DNA from: Orbicella franksi
Taxonomy: Eukaryota
Length of the DNA stretch: 64,000 bases
NCBI GenBank assembly: GCA_964199315.1
Contig: OZ116699.1
Coordinates: forward strand, 27,032,001-27,096,000
Direction: 5' to 3'
Shown: piece by piece, positions 1-12,600 of the stretch
Position numbering within the stretch: position 1 is the stretch's first letter
Layout: each line of letters starts with the position of its first letter
Position numbers and translations under genes: made by a program
The notes under the pieces: model-generated
Seen by the model: only the letters and a program-made list of their open reading frames with translations
What the model was told of the DNA's origin: nothing
The model's database searches: none

Positions 1-18
1 GTGTTTTTATCCCACAAG

Positions 19-2351
19 TCTGCTCTTGACTACAATTATGAAGGCAAAACTGAGGTACATGCCTCTCAGAAAGGTTAGTGGAATGATTTTTAACTTGCAT
101 GTGTCATTATTTGGTAAATTAGCTTTTGGCTTGTTTAATACTGAGGTAAATAAAAATGTCAACTGTGTCTGACAATACTATGTTTAAGCCAGCTTAGTTT
201 AATACACTGCTTTTTTCATGTCCGTTGCAGATTACTCTAAAGGTTTTGGTGGCAAGTATGGTGTTCAATCTGACAGACAAGATGCGGTAAGTGGGATCAC
301 CAGTGAGCACAAACATCGTCAACATCTGAATTAAGACGCCTTAGCTGTAATTTTTCTCTGTTCCGTTTACTTCTTAGCCGATCAAAGAGAGTAGAAATGA
401 TTAGAGGGTAGATGGTACACTTAGTGTGCGGCCATGAAAGACGTTTTCTTTGTCAGGTCGCAATCAGTATAATATTAATTAATTTTTTTCTTGCTTTTTA
501 GTCCGCTGGCAGTTATGATGAAATGCAAGAAGTGAAATCGACGTATCACACAGCAAAGCCACGAGCAGGTTGGAGGAGCTACATTGAAATTTCAATAAAA
601 TAACCAATAAATCAAAAACGAGCAGGGCGTGGGGGATAGCCTGCGAACAGGCTCCCAGCGAGCGCGAAAAAAAGGAATTGGGCGAGCGAAGCGTGGGAGG
701 CTCCCCCGCCCACCCCGATCACTTCGCTCTCCGAATTCTTCAGTTTCGCGCTCTTTTTTTCCGTCCTTTCGCAGGCTAGGTAGGAGAGGGTATAGCAGTG
801 GTTGTAGATCAGCCTGATTTTCGGGACTGTTTGCAGAAAACAGAATCTTACCTGCTGTGTTATATGATTCACAGGTTCAGGGGCTGCAGGCAACTTGAAA
901 TCAAAGTTCGAAAACTTGGCCAAAGAACAAGATGAGGTTTGTTAGCTTTTCAGGAGTCTTTCCCACGTGTACTGCCTTCTGTGAAACAGACATGCGTGTA
1001 CACTGTACTGTGATGCTGAAATTATTAACTTTTGTAGGAAAATAGAAGACGAGCAGAGGAGGAAAAAGCTCGTCGACATGCTAGAGAACAACGAGAGAAA
1101 GAGATCAATGAGAAAAGGCAGGCAGAGGTATGAAACGAACCTCCATCCCAATTCAAACAAACACAAAGGAAAACTCTTAATCATTAACCAGAATTTAATT
1201 GAACAGAAGTGTCCCTGCTTATGCTCATTAGTGGTTAATGAAAGTGTTCTTACAAAATATTGACATTTTCAGCAAGATGCGCGTGACAGAGAAGAGGCTG
1301 AGGAGGAGGAAGCGCGCCGTCAGGAGGAAGAAGCGCGCAATCAAGAGGAGGAGGCACGACGTCAGGCGGAGGAAGAGGCTCGGCGACGGGAAGAAGCTGA
1401 ACAACAACAAGAGTATGAAGAAGCCGAACCAGAACCGGAAGCAGTATACGAGGAAGCAGGCGAACCAACCATGCAAGAGTCTGAGCCCACAGATTTGTAT
1501 GAGGAAGTTACTCAGCCGCAGGAAACTACTCAGGAAGAGGTACATCTTGACACCACTGTCCATGTTTTTCATTGGATGTTATTTCTTTATTTTGAATATT
1601 CAGGATTGTAGGGTTATTTAGAATCGCTCTTCCAAGTATTGTCTCCCATCCTCCAGTGAAGGGCACGTCATTCATAAACCCCAGCATCCAAAAGAACTAT
1701 CTCTTGTTGTTTTTGCAGGCTGAAGAACGCGGTACCGGGAAGAGTGCGACAGCATTGTACGACTATCAAGCAAGTAAGTTTCCATTGATGTTCTTCGTAT
1801 CCATAACGAAATAGTGTTTCTTATAAGGTAAGGTAGGTTTGTTTCTTCCGTTCAGTGGGCTGCCGACAGCTGTCTGCATCGGCTAAACAGGCCAATCATC
1901 CCTGTTGCCAAATAAATATTGTGGTCAGGTTTCTATGGGGAGCAGGGATGGCGCAGCGAGAGCGCTCGCTTCCCACCAATGTGGCCTGAGTTTGATTCCG
2001 GCCCGGGGCCATATGTGGGTCGAGTTTATTGTTGTTTTTCGCGCCTTTCCTTTGTTGTTTCTCGCGTTTTTCTCCCGGTTCTTCGGTTTTTCGCCCTCCA
2101 CAAAAACCAACATCTCAAAATTCCAGTTGGACCAGGATATAGGATGATGTATCTTCCTGTCTAAATATATCGATTTAAATGCTCAATAAGGAGTGACTCT
2201 TGTGATTTATTTCCTAGCTGCGGAGGACGAGATAACATTTGATCCCGGTGACATCATCACCGACATTGAGGAAGTAGATGAGGGATGGTGGATGGGCTCG
2301 TGTCATGGCGCTCGAGGTCTCTTCCCTTCTAATTATGTAGAACTTAATTAG
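19..2351 (+). CDS. CTTN: Cortactin, 3' part (last cortactin/HS1 repeats, coiled coil, SH3); 5' exons lie upstream of the window
   Basis: GT-AG exons 19-73, 231-286, 502-568, 875-936, 1038-1127, 1273-1539, 1719-1773 and 2218-2351 join in frame: [36 protein letters not shown] (HS1 repeat), [14 protein letters not shown], an E/R-rich helix, and SH3 [45 protein letters not shown]. Confidence 0.93.
637..778. mobile_element. MITE in a cortactin intron
   Basis: Terminal inverted repeats tagcctgcgaa / ttcgcaggcta. Confidence 0.7.
1937..2165 (+). mobile_element. tRNA-derived SINE in a cortactin intron
   Basis: Head with A-box-like gatggcgcagcg and B-box-like gtttgattcc, followed by a non-tRNA body. 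Confidence 0.65.
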
Positions 2352-3008
2352 AAATTTCCTTCGCTCAGAAGCATTGTTAAATCCGCTGAAAGAAAAAGCA
2401 GTCTAAGATGGTTGAACTTTCATTAGGGATGATTTTGCTATTTAATGGACTAAAGATTTTGAAACTAAAACAAAATGAAAGTTGGAACTATGACTAGTCA
2501 ACGATTACACGGGTTTGTCTGTTGAAACCCACACATCACAACACGGATGCATAATTCGGGAACCTTCAGTGCACAATGAAAAGTTCTCCTGTAATCATTC
2601 TGGCAGAGTACTAGCATTGCCAGAATTACGACGAGCATATTTTTCGCTCTATCCATAGACAGGTATTTTTAAGCGTGGCGTATCGTAATAATATATTGAA
2701 TAAGGATTCATTAGTGCTGCATATGGCTACTTAGAATGTACTTTTTAGTAAGTAGGACAGTAGTTAGATCTAATTGGTAAAGTAAAAAACCGCGTCGTTA
2801 CTGGTGATATCAATTGTCAATAATCGGTTCGCAGAATAGAGTAATAATTAACTACGATATTTTGTAACGGCGATAAGTTTTTTTTTGTAATAAAAGAATG
2901 AATCACTTGGTTTGTTTCATGGTATCTATCACATCCTCTGAGACCTGGGCATGTGGCAATGAAAGTTGAAGTGTTGGAAACAGAATCAGCTTACTGAAAA
3001 AAAGTGCA

Positions 3009-3158
3009 GTGAAATCCCGATTTTTCGAACCTCCAAGGGAAACGAAAATTGGTTCGAAAACTCGGGATAAAATTATAGTGTTCGACTGAGGAGAGGGAAA
3101 CGACTTTTGGTTCGAGTTATCGGGAGGAGGGTTCGAGAAATCAGATCGCGATTCCACT
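3009..3158. mobile_element. Tc1/mariner-like MITE
   Basis: Imperfect TIRs cagtgaaatcccgatttttcgaacc / ggttcgagaaatc...gattccactg(ta). Confidence 0.55.
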
Positions 3159-3548
3159 GTAGATAAATACTTCATGTTAAGGGTTGAACAGTGCGGTCCT
3201 AATTGGGGATACAGTAAATATTGCAGATTGATCGGAAGGCTAACCAGTTGGTAGTTTACAAAGTCAAACACTTGGCTCTACTAGGACTTCTGTTGCCCAG
3301 CTATAAGCGAATATTGCATGGCTGGTCGATACTGGCTGTAAAGTCTAATGCTCCACCTTGCGTCGGAATTATTCCCATTAAGATGTGAAGAAACCAGGAG
3401 GACCGGCTACACACACAGGAACAGATAGAGATGTTCCTCCCCCACTCCTACCCCACTCCTCTTTACAATGGATTATACCCATGTCACCAGTGTGTCAAAT
3501 ATTCAGTTGTTACTCAAGAGTTACCGAAATTTTTGTTGTTTACATGAG

Positions 3549-3611
<63 letters not shown>

Positions 3612-3655
3612 GATTTGTATAGCGCCATATCCAGGGCTCATGGCGCTTTACAGTA
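3549..3655 (-). mobile_element. 3' end of an L2-type LINE/SINE with an (ATT)n tail
   Basis: Minus strand reads tgtaaagcgccatgag...ggcgctatacaaat (stem-loop) followed by about 20 ATT units, seen as (ATA)n at 3549-3610. Confidence 0.6.
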
Positions 3656-6600
3656 AAAAAATGTTATTAATCATGAGATCATGAGATTGTAAGAAATTTG
3701 CATATATTGCCCTACAATGCAGAGTTCACGCCATTATATTTCTAGTGCTGTTGTCCACCAGCTAGACTTGCGTATGGCCTTACAACCTCCCGATCTCCCA
3801 ATCAAGAATGGAAGTCCGGCTGTCAGAAAGATGACTGCTCCTTTGTACTGCAAAGAGCTCAAGTGAAGGTACAAACAACATGACTGAAAGGAAAGAAGAG
3901 AGGTGGACGAAGAGCTCGAATATGCCCCTGAGCCAAACCCTATTCGATAGGGAATCTCGTCCCGGTATCCTGCATTGTTGTCAGAGGTAAAGGTTAAAAC
4001 TATGTCTGTTTGGTGACCGCGCATACCGCATTCGAAAATAATTCCACAGAACAAGGGTTTGTGTCAGAACTTCAGCCAGTTTGTGGATCACCTTCTCATG
4101 AGGACTGATTCGCTTAGTCAGCTGGAAAAACATTATGCTCGAATTATATGAGGAATTTCGTTTTCTAGTTAATCGACCAACAGGTTGAACGAATTGACGA
4201 ATCAAGAAATCAGAACTAATTACTTTCTTGCTCCCGTCTAGAAGAGTGGATGGAGTTTAACCGATAGCTGTATGAGAATTTGAACTGCCACCTGAAAAAT
4301 GCGTTTTTTTTTCAATGATTTCTTGATTCTCGGATTTGCAAAATTTGCTGATAGCTAAGCAAGAGCCGAATGGGTCGTAGGTCATCGGCTGAGAAGATCT
4401 CATCCTCAGTTGGAAAACAGGTGTGAGTCCACAGTTCTGTCAGAGAGTTTTAATAAGGAACAGCCCGAGATAAATAAATACCACATGATTGCTTTTCTTA
4501 TATGCAATTATTTTCGTTATTAACATATGCGCGAGAGAGTTTTACATAAGTAAATTATAAACCATTTCAAAATATTGCCCGTTCTCTGAGTCTCTTACTA
4601 TCCTATCAAAAACCAATGTTTTTCACCTGTTTGCATTAAAATAACAATCTAAATCAGTATGTCACTACTTCACTATACTTTTTTCAACGGGACAGTGATG
4701 AAGAATTATGTGCTTTTTACTACATTACTTTCACTGAAGGTTGACCTCACTCACAATGTACAAAAACTATCAAAAATTTTAATACGAGTAGCTTTAGCGA
4801 TCCAAAATTTCTTTGTATAATTAATTCAGCACCACAGGCCTCTTGCGTCAAAATACCTTCAGTACGTGATAAACACCAGGAGCCATAATAAACACTTGAT
4901 ATTGCCAAGCAACAGGTCTTGTGTTCAGAAGTAATCTGACATACATATATTTGCATAACGCAAGCGCTCGAATTGAATAGGCCTGAATGCAATGGATTAC
5001 TATATACTACGCACATGAAATGCTGTACTACTCCGGTACAGGCGGAGTGCTGGACGAGCAGTTAAAGATATAAACACCCCACGGACATCGACGCCTTCTG
5101 GTAAGAGATTTACTTGTAAAAATTAGATTATTCATTCAGTGTCACTTCTCATTGTCTGTTTAGTGGTTGATCAGTGTATTTACATTTAGCTTTGCATGTT
5201 TAATAGAATAACCGGTCGTTCGCAAAACCCATTGGCATCGGTAGGAAGGTGAAGATGTTATTAGGACACACAAAATCTAAATACACACCGTCATACATAT
5301 GCTAGATCGTGACACGGAGCATGCAGTGCAACTCCAACCACCCGTAACGCCCAGATACATCTATACTAATATTACACCTTATCACCTCTCTCGGCCCTGT
5401 CAGCTTTCTGAAATGTCTTGAAGTCATGCCCCTGATAACTGTCAGTGTTGACTTTACGTGCGTAAATAAAACAATTCATCGAAGGCAAGCAATAACAAAA
5501 AATGAGACCATTTTTATTTTTTCCGCAACGTCAGCGGTCCAAATATTTCCTTTATGTTATTTACTCCCGTAAAATTTCGTCCACTTTAAGGGTGCTCAGA
5601 GGATGCGAAGAAACAGAAAAATAGTAGAATGGCATTCAATATTTATGTAGAGTGTTTACACGTCCCTCCTCCGCACCTCCCACCTACCCGTTGATTTTCA
5701 CGATATTTTATACGCCTTAAAACAATGCATATAACTCAAAACCTGGTGGATATCAGAAAGCATTTGAAGTAATATACAGGCTTATATTAAACAGTGGACA
5801 GCTACGCAAGATCAGCTCTTGCTTATTTAGAGTTCTCATTCCTGCGGACAAAATGATGCATAACGGAATGGTAACCCCGGGTGTAACAAACAAGGTAAAT
5901 GGTCACGGCGGTCAGTTTGCATCATCTCTTATTGTGATCAAGAGTTTGATTTGCATGAAAATGAAGTCAGATGAAAACTCATTTGTGCTCGATGTTTCGC
6001 CCGAAGTTCTGTAACCTGCCCGGGAAAGTAATACTTAACAGTAAAGCCGCCAGGATATGGCTGTCTCGACAATTGATATTCATAATGGTATATTTGTTAC
6101 TGTTTTTTTGCTGTTGTTTAAGGGACCCTAGTCAGCCTCCGTCATTTTCGATGCCATCGAAATTATTGCCGGATATGTCATGGTGAAGCGAAATCTTATT
6201 GCTTTACTCTAAGTTGTTTTCCTGAAAGTGTGTTTAATTATCTCTTGTTGTTTTACAATGATTTCCTTCTCCGAATAAAATATAATAGCCAAACTCCCAC
6301 GTGTAAACAAAACCAAAGGTATGACTGATTAGGGCCCTTTAAGTGGACTGAGACAAAGTTGAAGTGCACAGCAAGGAGCATACCATCCAGTTAGTAGGAT
6401 GAGAGTAAATAAAGGAATAAAAAGAATGAACTGTTCACCTGTAACTCTTTCTAAAGCCAAAGAAATTTTTGTAAATCGCGAGGGATGCAAAGCAACGCCA
6501 ATACCACTTTTTCAGTTCATCTTGACAAACCACTTAGCATACAAATAATTTTATAAACACTTTTGTACGATAAAAACAATACGTTAATAAGTTTGTCCTT

Positions 6601-6670
6601 CTTCTCTTCAGAACTTTTCAGTGAGAGAAAAAGTATGTATTGCCTCATATTGATATAAGGAACACTTCAG

Positions 6671-9600
6671 ATGGGTGCAGTGTGTACCAAATCTCTGAAG
6701 CAGATTAAGCTTGAAAATGCACCTGTCATCACTACAAGGTTGGCCGTTTTCATTTGTTTTTTAAAAAGAGTTCAATAGTCACATTGATTTCCCAACTTAA
6801 ACTTCATTTTTTTTTTTTCTTGGACACAAATCTGTTAAATCGTTCACTTATGAACGTCCTTTGGGTTTATCTATTTCCCCTAGGGTGTCAGTTGATTCTG
6901 ACAGCAGAACAAATGAAGATTCGACCTTGTCACCAGGCTCAGTCATATTTGATGACGGTCCATCCTCAGGCTCCAGGGTTTCCTCGGCAGCTACAAAGAG
7001 CACTTTACACCAGTTTCCCGAACTTTTGGCTCGGCATAGGAGAGTCATGCGTGGAGACTTGGAACAACGTTTAACTGCTAAGGCCAAGATCATTCGGATA
7101 TTTACCAGCTCTACGTTTACAGGTTCATTCTTCTGACATCAGATATCTATATATTTAGATTGAAAATTATTTATCTATTTATTTTGTCTACTTCCACGAG
7201 CAGGAAATGCAGAATAATGATTTCTCTGTAGGATGTGGACTTAAGCGGGAATCATTGGAAATCTTCAAAAAAACATGACTCAGCCACTGGCCGAAGTGTT
7301 TACAATAGAGGATTCAGTGGCGGATCTAAGGGAGGTGCCCGGGGTTCCCAGTTCCGCCTCCCCGTTATTTTGGGTAAAAAAGAAGAAATCACAGAAGGAA
7401 GAAAAGCCGGCAGGGTAAGCAGAACAAAACCGCCCCCCGTCCCCACCTTTGCTCAAGGTCTGGATCCGCCACTGGGATTTACATAAGAAAGGAGGCAAAA
7501 TGGAAGACTATTTTGCCCCAGAAATTTCTTAACTCGAAGCAAGGTGGCAAAGTAGAGATGAATTCATTTTTGCGAAACTTTGATATGGTTTATATATTTA
7601 GACATGGCGGCTGAAAGAAATGCCTTGATGGAGAGGATCTACCCAAGACTGAAGGAGTTTGCACAGGAGAAAGGTTACGAGTTTCAGGTCGGTCTAAACG
7701 ACGGGAACTTCTTCTTATTTACCTAATTTTGTTCCCGCTGACATTCCTTGTGTTTTGGACACTGGCACGGTAACAGTCTTGTTCAAAGCGTTAGCTAACA
7801 AACCATGTAAATCGGTAGTTTGACCTTTTTTTGTGTTTTGAGACTACGTAGTTGCTACTTTCTTTTTAAGCGTCTTCAGTAGCTCTTCCAGTCACTTCCA
7901 TTTTATCAAGGTGGTTGACGGCATCATCAGTAATTGGTTGTTGTGCATTCGTATTCTGTAATCAGGTGGTTGACATGCGTTGGGGAGTACGTGATGAGTC
8001 CACAGATGATCATTCTACACTAGAACTGTGTTTAAAGGAACTTAAGGCGTGTCAGGACCTTTCCACTGGACCTAATTTTGTGGTAAATAGACTAAATTTG
8101 CTTCGTTATTGAAGGCCGTCGAAAAGGGTGCCCTTTTAGATAAGCCTACATGTCCTGTATCTTCTGGCGAGGCCAACTCTTAGACACTCAGCAACTGGTA
8201 CTACAGCTAGAGGCTTTTGGGACAAAATAAATAACGTCCTCGATTAGAGATGCACATTATTTGTCTAGTATATAGCGTTAAGTCAGTACTTTTTCATCGA
8301 GTTTTTGACTCCTTTTCCCCATTTTTTAAACAAATTTTGACAAAGATTCTTCAAATGACACACAGTCAAGTAAAAGCGCGCATTCAACAAGCCAGCCTTT
8401 AGCCTCATTTCGTTAGAAGAAAGCCACCGGCTTGAAGGATTTCTACTCTCCTCAGAGGACCATAGCTGTAATGTTCGTTCATTTGGTCCTTGAGAAGAGA
8501 AATTATTCTTTACAAAGTTTTGTCTGTTGTGTATATAACTTATCGTTTTGCGACTGAAGTTTTCGCTCCACCTTGCCCTTCAAGACCCTGAAATGTTTTT
8601 GCTATTTTTATCAGACCTTTCTGGGCCAAAAATATGGTTTTCGTCCGCTTCCATCCAAAATACCTTCTACTGAATTTGAGAAACTCCTCAGCAACATGAC
8701 AGACCAGGAGGAGAAAGCAGTTTTGGAGACGTGGTTCAAATGTGATATGAACGCAGTACCGCCAACCTATGTCCTTCAGCCAGTAAGCTCTCACATCCCT
8801 GACCACCTCTGTCGCGATGCTAAACAAAGGAAGCTTGCACTACAGCAGTGGAGTCAAATTTTTGCGCAGATTCAAAACATCCTCAGGCGAGAAGCTAGAA
8901 AGATGTTTGAAGATCAAGAAGAAGAGTGGCTGCACAAGTATTTCATGTCAGGTAACACGCCCCGCGTTGGAGATAAGGCAGCATTTTTTTTATTAACCGC
9001 GCGGCCATGGGCCGAGCGCGGTTCATGGTTTACCCGTGGTTTTTTTTTTTTCGACTTCGGTGCGAGCAGACCCAAGCTTCCACTCGGCCAAATTTTGAGT
9101 CGCGCAACCTGTGATGTTTACTCGCCAAAAGCTGTTGAAACAATAAATCTCATCTTTCGCGGGAATAAATTAAAAACCCAGCGCTCGTCAAAAATTATAT
9201 TTTTTCACCAGAAATTTAGCTCGGAACATATACATATTTATATTTGTTTGAATCGTCGATGAAATGACCTTTTCCGGATATTTTTTCCTTCGGGGTCAAC
9301 CGAAACCTCAGATTACAAAATCACGCCGAACCCACATGTTGCAAAAAAATCTCTTCAAAACCCTGACTTCGAAGCGATATAACACTTCAGCGTTAATAGC
9401 TAACACACATCGGCAGGCGGTAAATCTATTCCTTAACAATCCAACTTTATCGTGTTAAAATTTCAGCGAAATCGAACAAAACCAGAATTAAATTCGAATT
9501 TTTTTGTGACCTCACTTCCCAGACTTGTCCTAACAAAGGAAGCAACGGTCGCCCATAGCAACCGAAAAACACCAACATAACAAAGCCGACGTTTCGGCCA

Positions 9601-12600
9601 AAAAACTCCACAATTATCGCCTGAGAGTTTAAACTTGAATGGGAACATCTTTTTCGAACCTTTTTCAACTGATTTAGACGAAAGACTGGCCTCGGCGGGC
9701 TACAAAAACGACAAAGAGAAAAAACAGAACAAGACAGCAGAACAAGCCGATAATATTTCATCGCGTGGCTTTCGACACGAAAACGAAAATACAGCTTACT
9801 TCTGGATAAATTCAGCCTTAGAAGCCAGCAACCGGTCCCAAATTACTTTCTGTATCCTTACAAATGTCCTGATTTCCATCTCCGAAAGATTTTGCCCCAA
9901 TTTTGAGCAAATAAACATTTCGCCGGCGGCGACCGCCATTACGGTGGCTTGCATACTAAATTAGCTAACTTAACAAAATTCTCCCGAGCGGGGGGATACG
10001 ACAAATTTGGTGAGAATCAAAAGTAACGCCAATTTTCTGTCACGTTTTCAATCTGTGGTCACTGGAGTGACCAAAATCGATACATCGGTCGGGATAGGGT
10101 TTTTTTATGACTTGTGTGACTACTTTGCTAGCCCTTTACTCGTGGAAAACACCAATTAAATTTAATCATGACTTTTAAGAAAGAAAGCTGTTGTTAATAG
10201 TGTTATTATTGTGTCGTTGATATCGTTCATGCCCATACATATCCCGAAGAAAGTTCTGGATTAAGACCATTAAGTCATCGGAGATTTGTCAACGGCTACC
10301 ACTGATGGTGCAATAATACAGTTTGTGTTGATCAAGTGATGTGATGTCTACAGTAAGAAAAGAATCATCAATGACTGCTTTGGAATGTGCACTGCGTTCC
10401 GACGGTAGTGCTAAGCAAACAGTTAAATTTTAAAAGCGCGGTTATAAGATCTAACAGATCTTCTTGTTTGTTATGAACTATCCTACTTACATTTGTACAA
10501 TGTGGGTTCCAATTTGCTTGATTACAGATCAAATTGAACGATACGAATTGGAGAAAAAAGTTTTTACTTTTTTACCTCAACTCACGGCTGCGACAAAGCT
10601 GCAAACTACATTATTTATTTGCAAGATACTACAATAACATAATATCCTTAACACGGTGTTTAAAAGTGAAAATTACGTTTTCCATTTACTGTTTCTTTTT
10701 TTCTTTTTTTCGTAAAACACGATTGGCTGATTATCGTTTTCCCATAAGGTATGAAATACGTTGTTTGCTGGTTACAAAAGGCTGGCACGAGCATTCATAG
10801 AGAAAGGTAACCCCAGTACATTCTGTATATCTTTTAGTGACAGAAAGTGAGATCCGCCATGGTGTCCTGGGCGAACCACATCCAGAGGAACAATGCTTGT
10901 GGATCAGCAGGAATATCCAGGATCTTAAGAACCATTTGCAAAATGAAAACATTCAGTACTTCATTGATATTAACGCAGACACAAAAGAGATTGACACTGA
11001 TGCTCAACAACTATTGCAGGTACTGTAACCAGATCTATCCTAACCCTAAGTCTCATAGGAACACAAGCGATAATCATCTTTTTTGATAAAGCTAAGGAGA
11101 TAAAAAATACAACGACACAAGAAAACCTTCCAGATTAAAAGATAAACGTTTCACATGAGGTTAGGAGAACTGAAAAAGAAAAACAATGGGTTTATCTTCA
11201 GGCTTTACCTTTCTGTAGCCAGTAACGATTTGGGAGTTTCCTGTCTGTGGTAACAACCACGGGTTCTAAAGTGTTCTTTTCGGCAGAAAAGAAGCCCGAT
11301 GTTAGGTCCTTGCTCATCCAGTTTATTTTTTATCCTTATTCGTTTATCTTAACTAGAAACTGAAGGAAGTCGTTACAAACGTCGTTCCTACTTCAAATAT
11401 CAGGACATTTGAGATTAACTGGAGCACACAGGGAATATGTCCTTCCATGGTGCCTGAGCATGCCGGCTATATAGATGATTTGTGCAGAGAGGTTGAGTTT
11501 CTAATGAAAGAAAAGATTACTAATTCCATACAGAAGAGAATCAAAGCTGATGTTAGCGATCCACTGTATGAGGAAGTCGTTCAACATTTGTTGTTTTGTC
11601 GAACCAAGTGTGACACGTTCTACGGAAGAAAAGAAATCTTGAGCCGATGCAATGCTTACATTCAGGTAAATGCATGTATTCTTTCAACTAGCAAGAGAGG
11701 ACTAGATTTACATTACGAATTTCGATTGTTACACTGATTGTACCCGAAAAGTCCGTCACTTTCAGGAAATCTTCTCAGGTTACTTGCTGCAGTGTTTCTA
11801 GTGTTTCTTTTTTTTTCTAGAATGATGCGCGTCGTCCTCTTGTAATTCACGGGCAGTCAGGCTGTGGCAAGACTTCGGTGATGTCCATGATTGCAAAAGA
11901 ATCGTGTCAAAGTTTCAGCCAATCAAACATCGTCATTCGATATATCGGAACCACTCCGAATTCCTCGCAAGTTCGTCTACTGCTTCACAGTGTCTGTCAC
12001 CAAATCTGCACTATCTATGGTCGTGACTCTACCAAAGTCAGAAAGGTTTGTATGTATGTAGTTGGGTTATCTGCCCAGAGCCTTCCTCTTTCTAAACTGC
12101 ACTGCGCAGGTAAACGGGTAGCTGGCATTGTCAGGGGGCAAGTCAATCTACAAAACAAGTTAGAGGGGAAGTAAAGACATTTTAGTTTTCATGGCGATGA
12201 AACTGCCGAGTATTATTAGCTTTTAAAGGAAAAGATAACGATACAACGTCTAAGATGGCCATACAACGTCTAACCATTCTGCTTTCAATTTTACAGGAGA
12301 TGAAGGAACTTCAGGAAGATTTCGCCAGTTGCCTTCATTTTGCCAGTGCAGAAGAGCCGCTGTTTATTTTTCTTGATTCTCTTGATCAATTTGGTCCAGA
12401 GGATAATGCCAGACAACTTGCGTGGTTGCCTACAGTTCTCCCTAGCAACGTTAAGCTAGTTGTTTCTACATTACCCAATAGTGAATACGAGTGCTTCCCA
12501 ATTCTACAGGTTCGTAAAGAATTTGTTTCGTATTGAAATTTTAACATTTTTGCTTCTAAAAGAGCCCAAATTCAAACTTGAAAGAAAATTTCCATTTTAT

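Noticed and set aside
8952-9262. Extension of ORF 8573-9262 past the exon
   Set aside because: The GT donor at 8952 splices in phase to 10838; the read-through is intronic, probably repeat-derived sequence whose ends I could not define.
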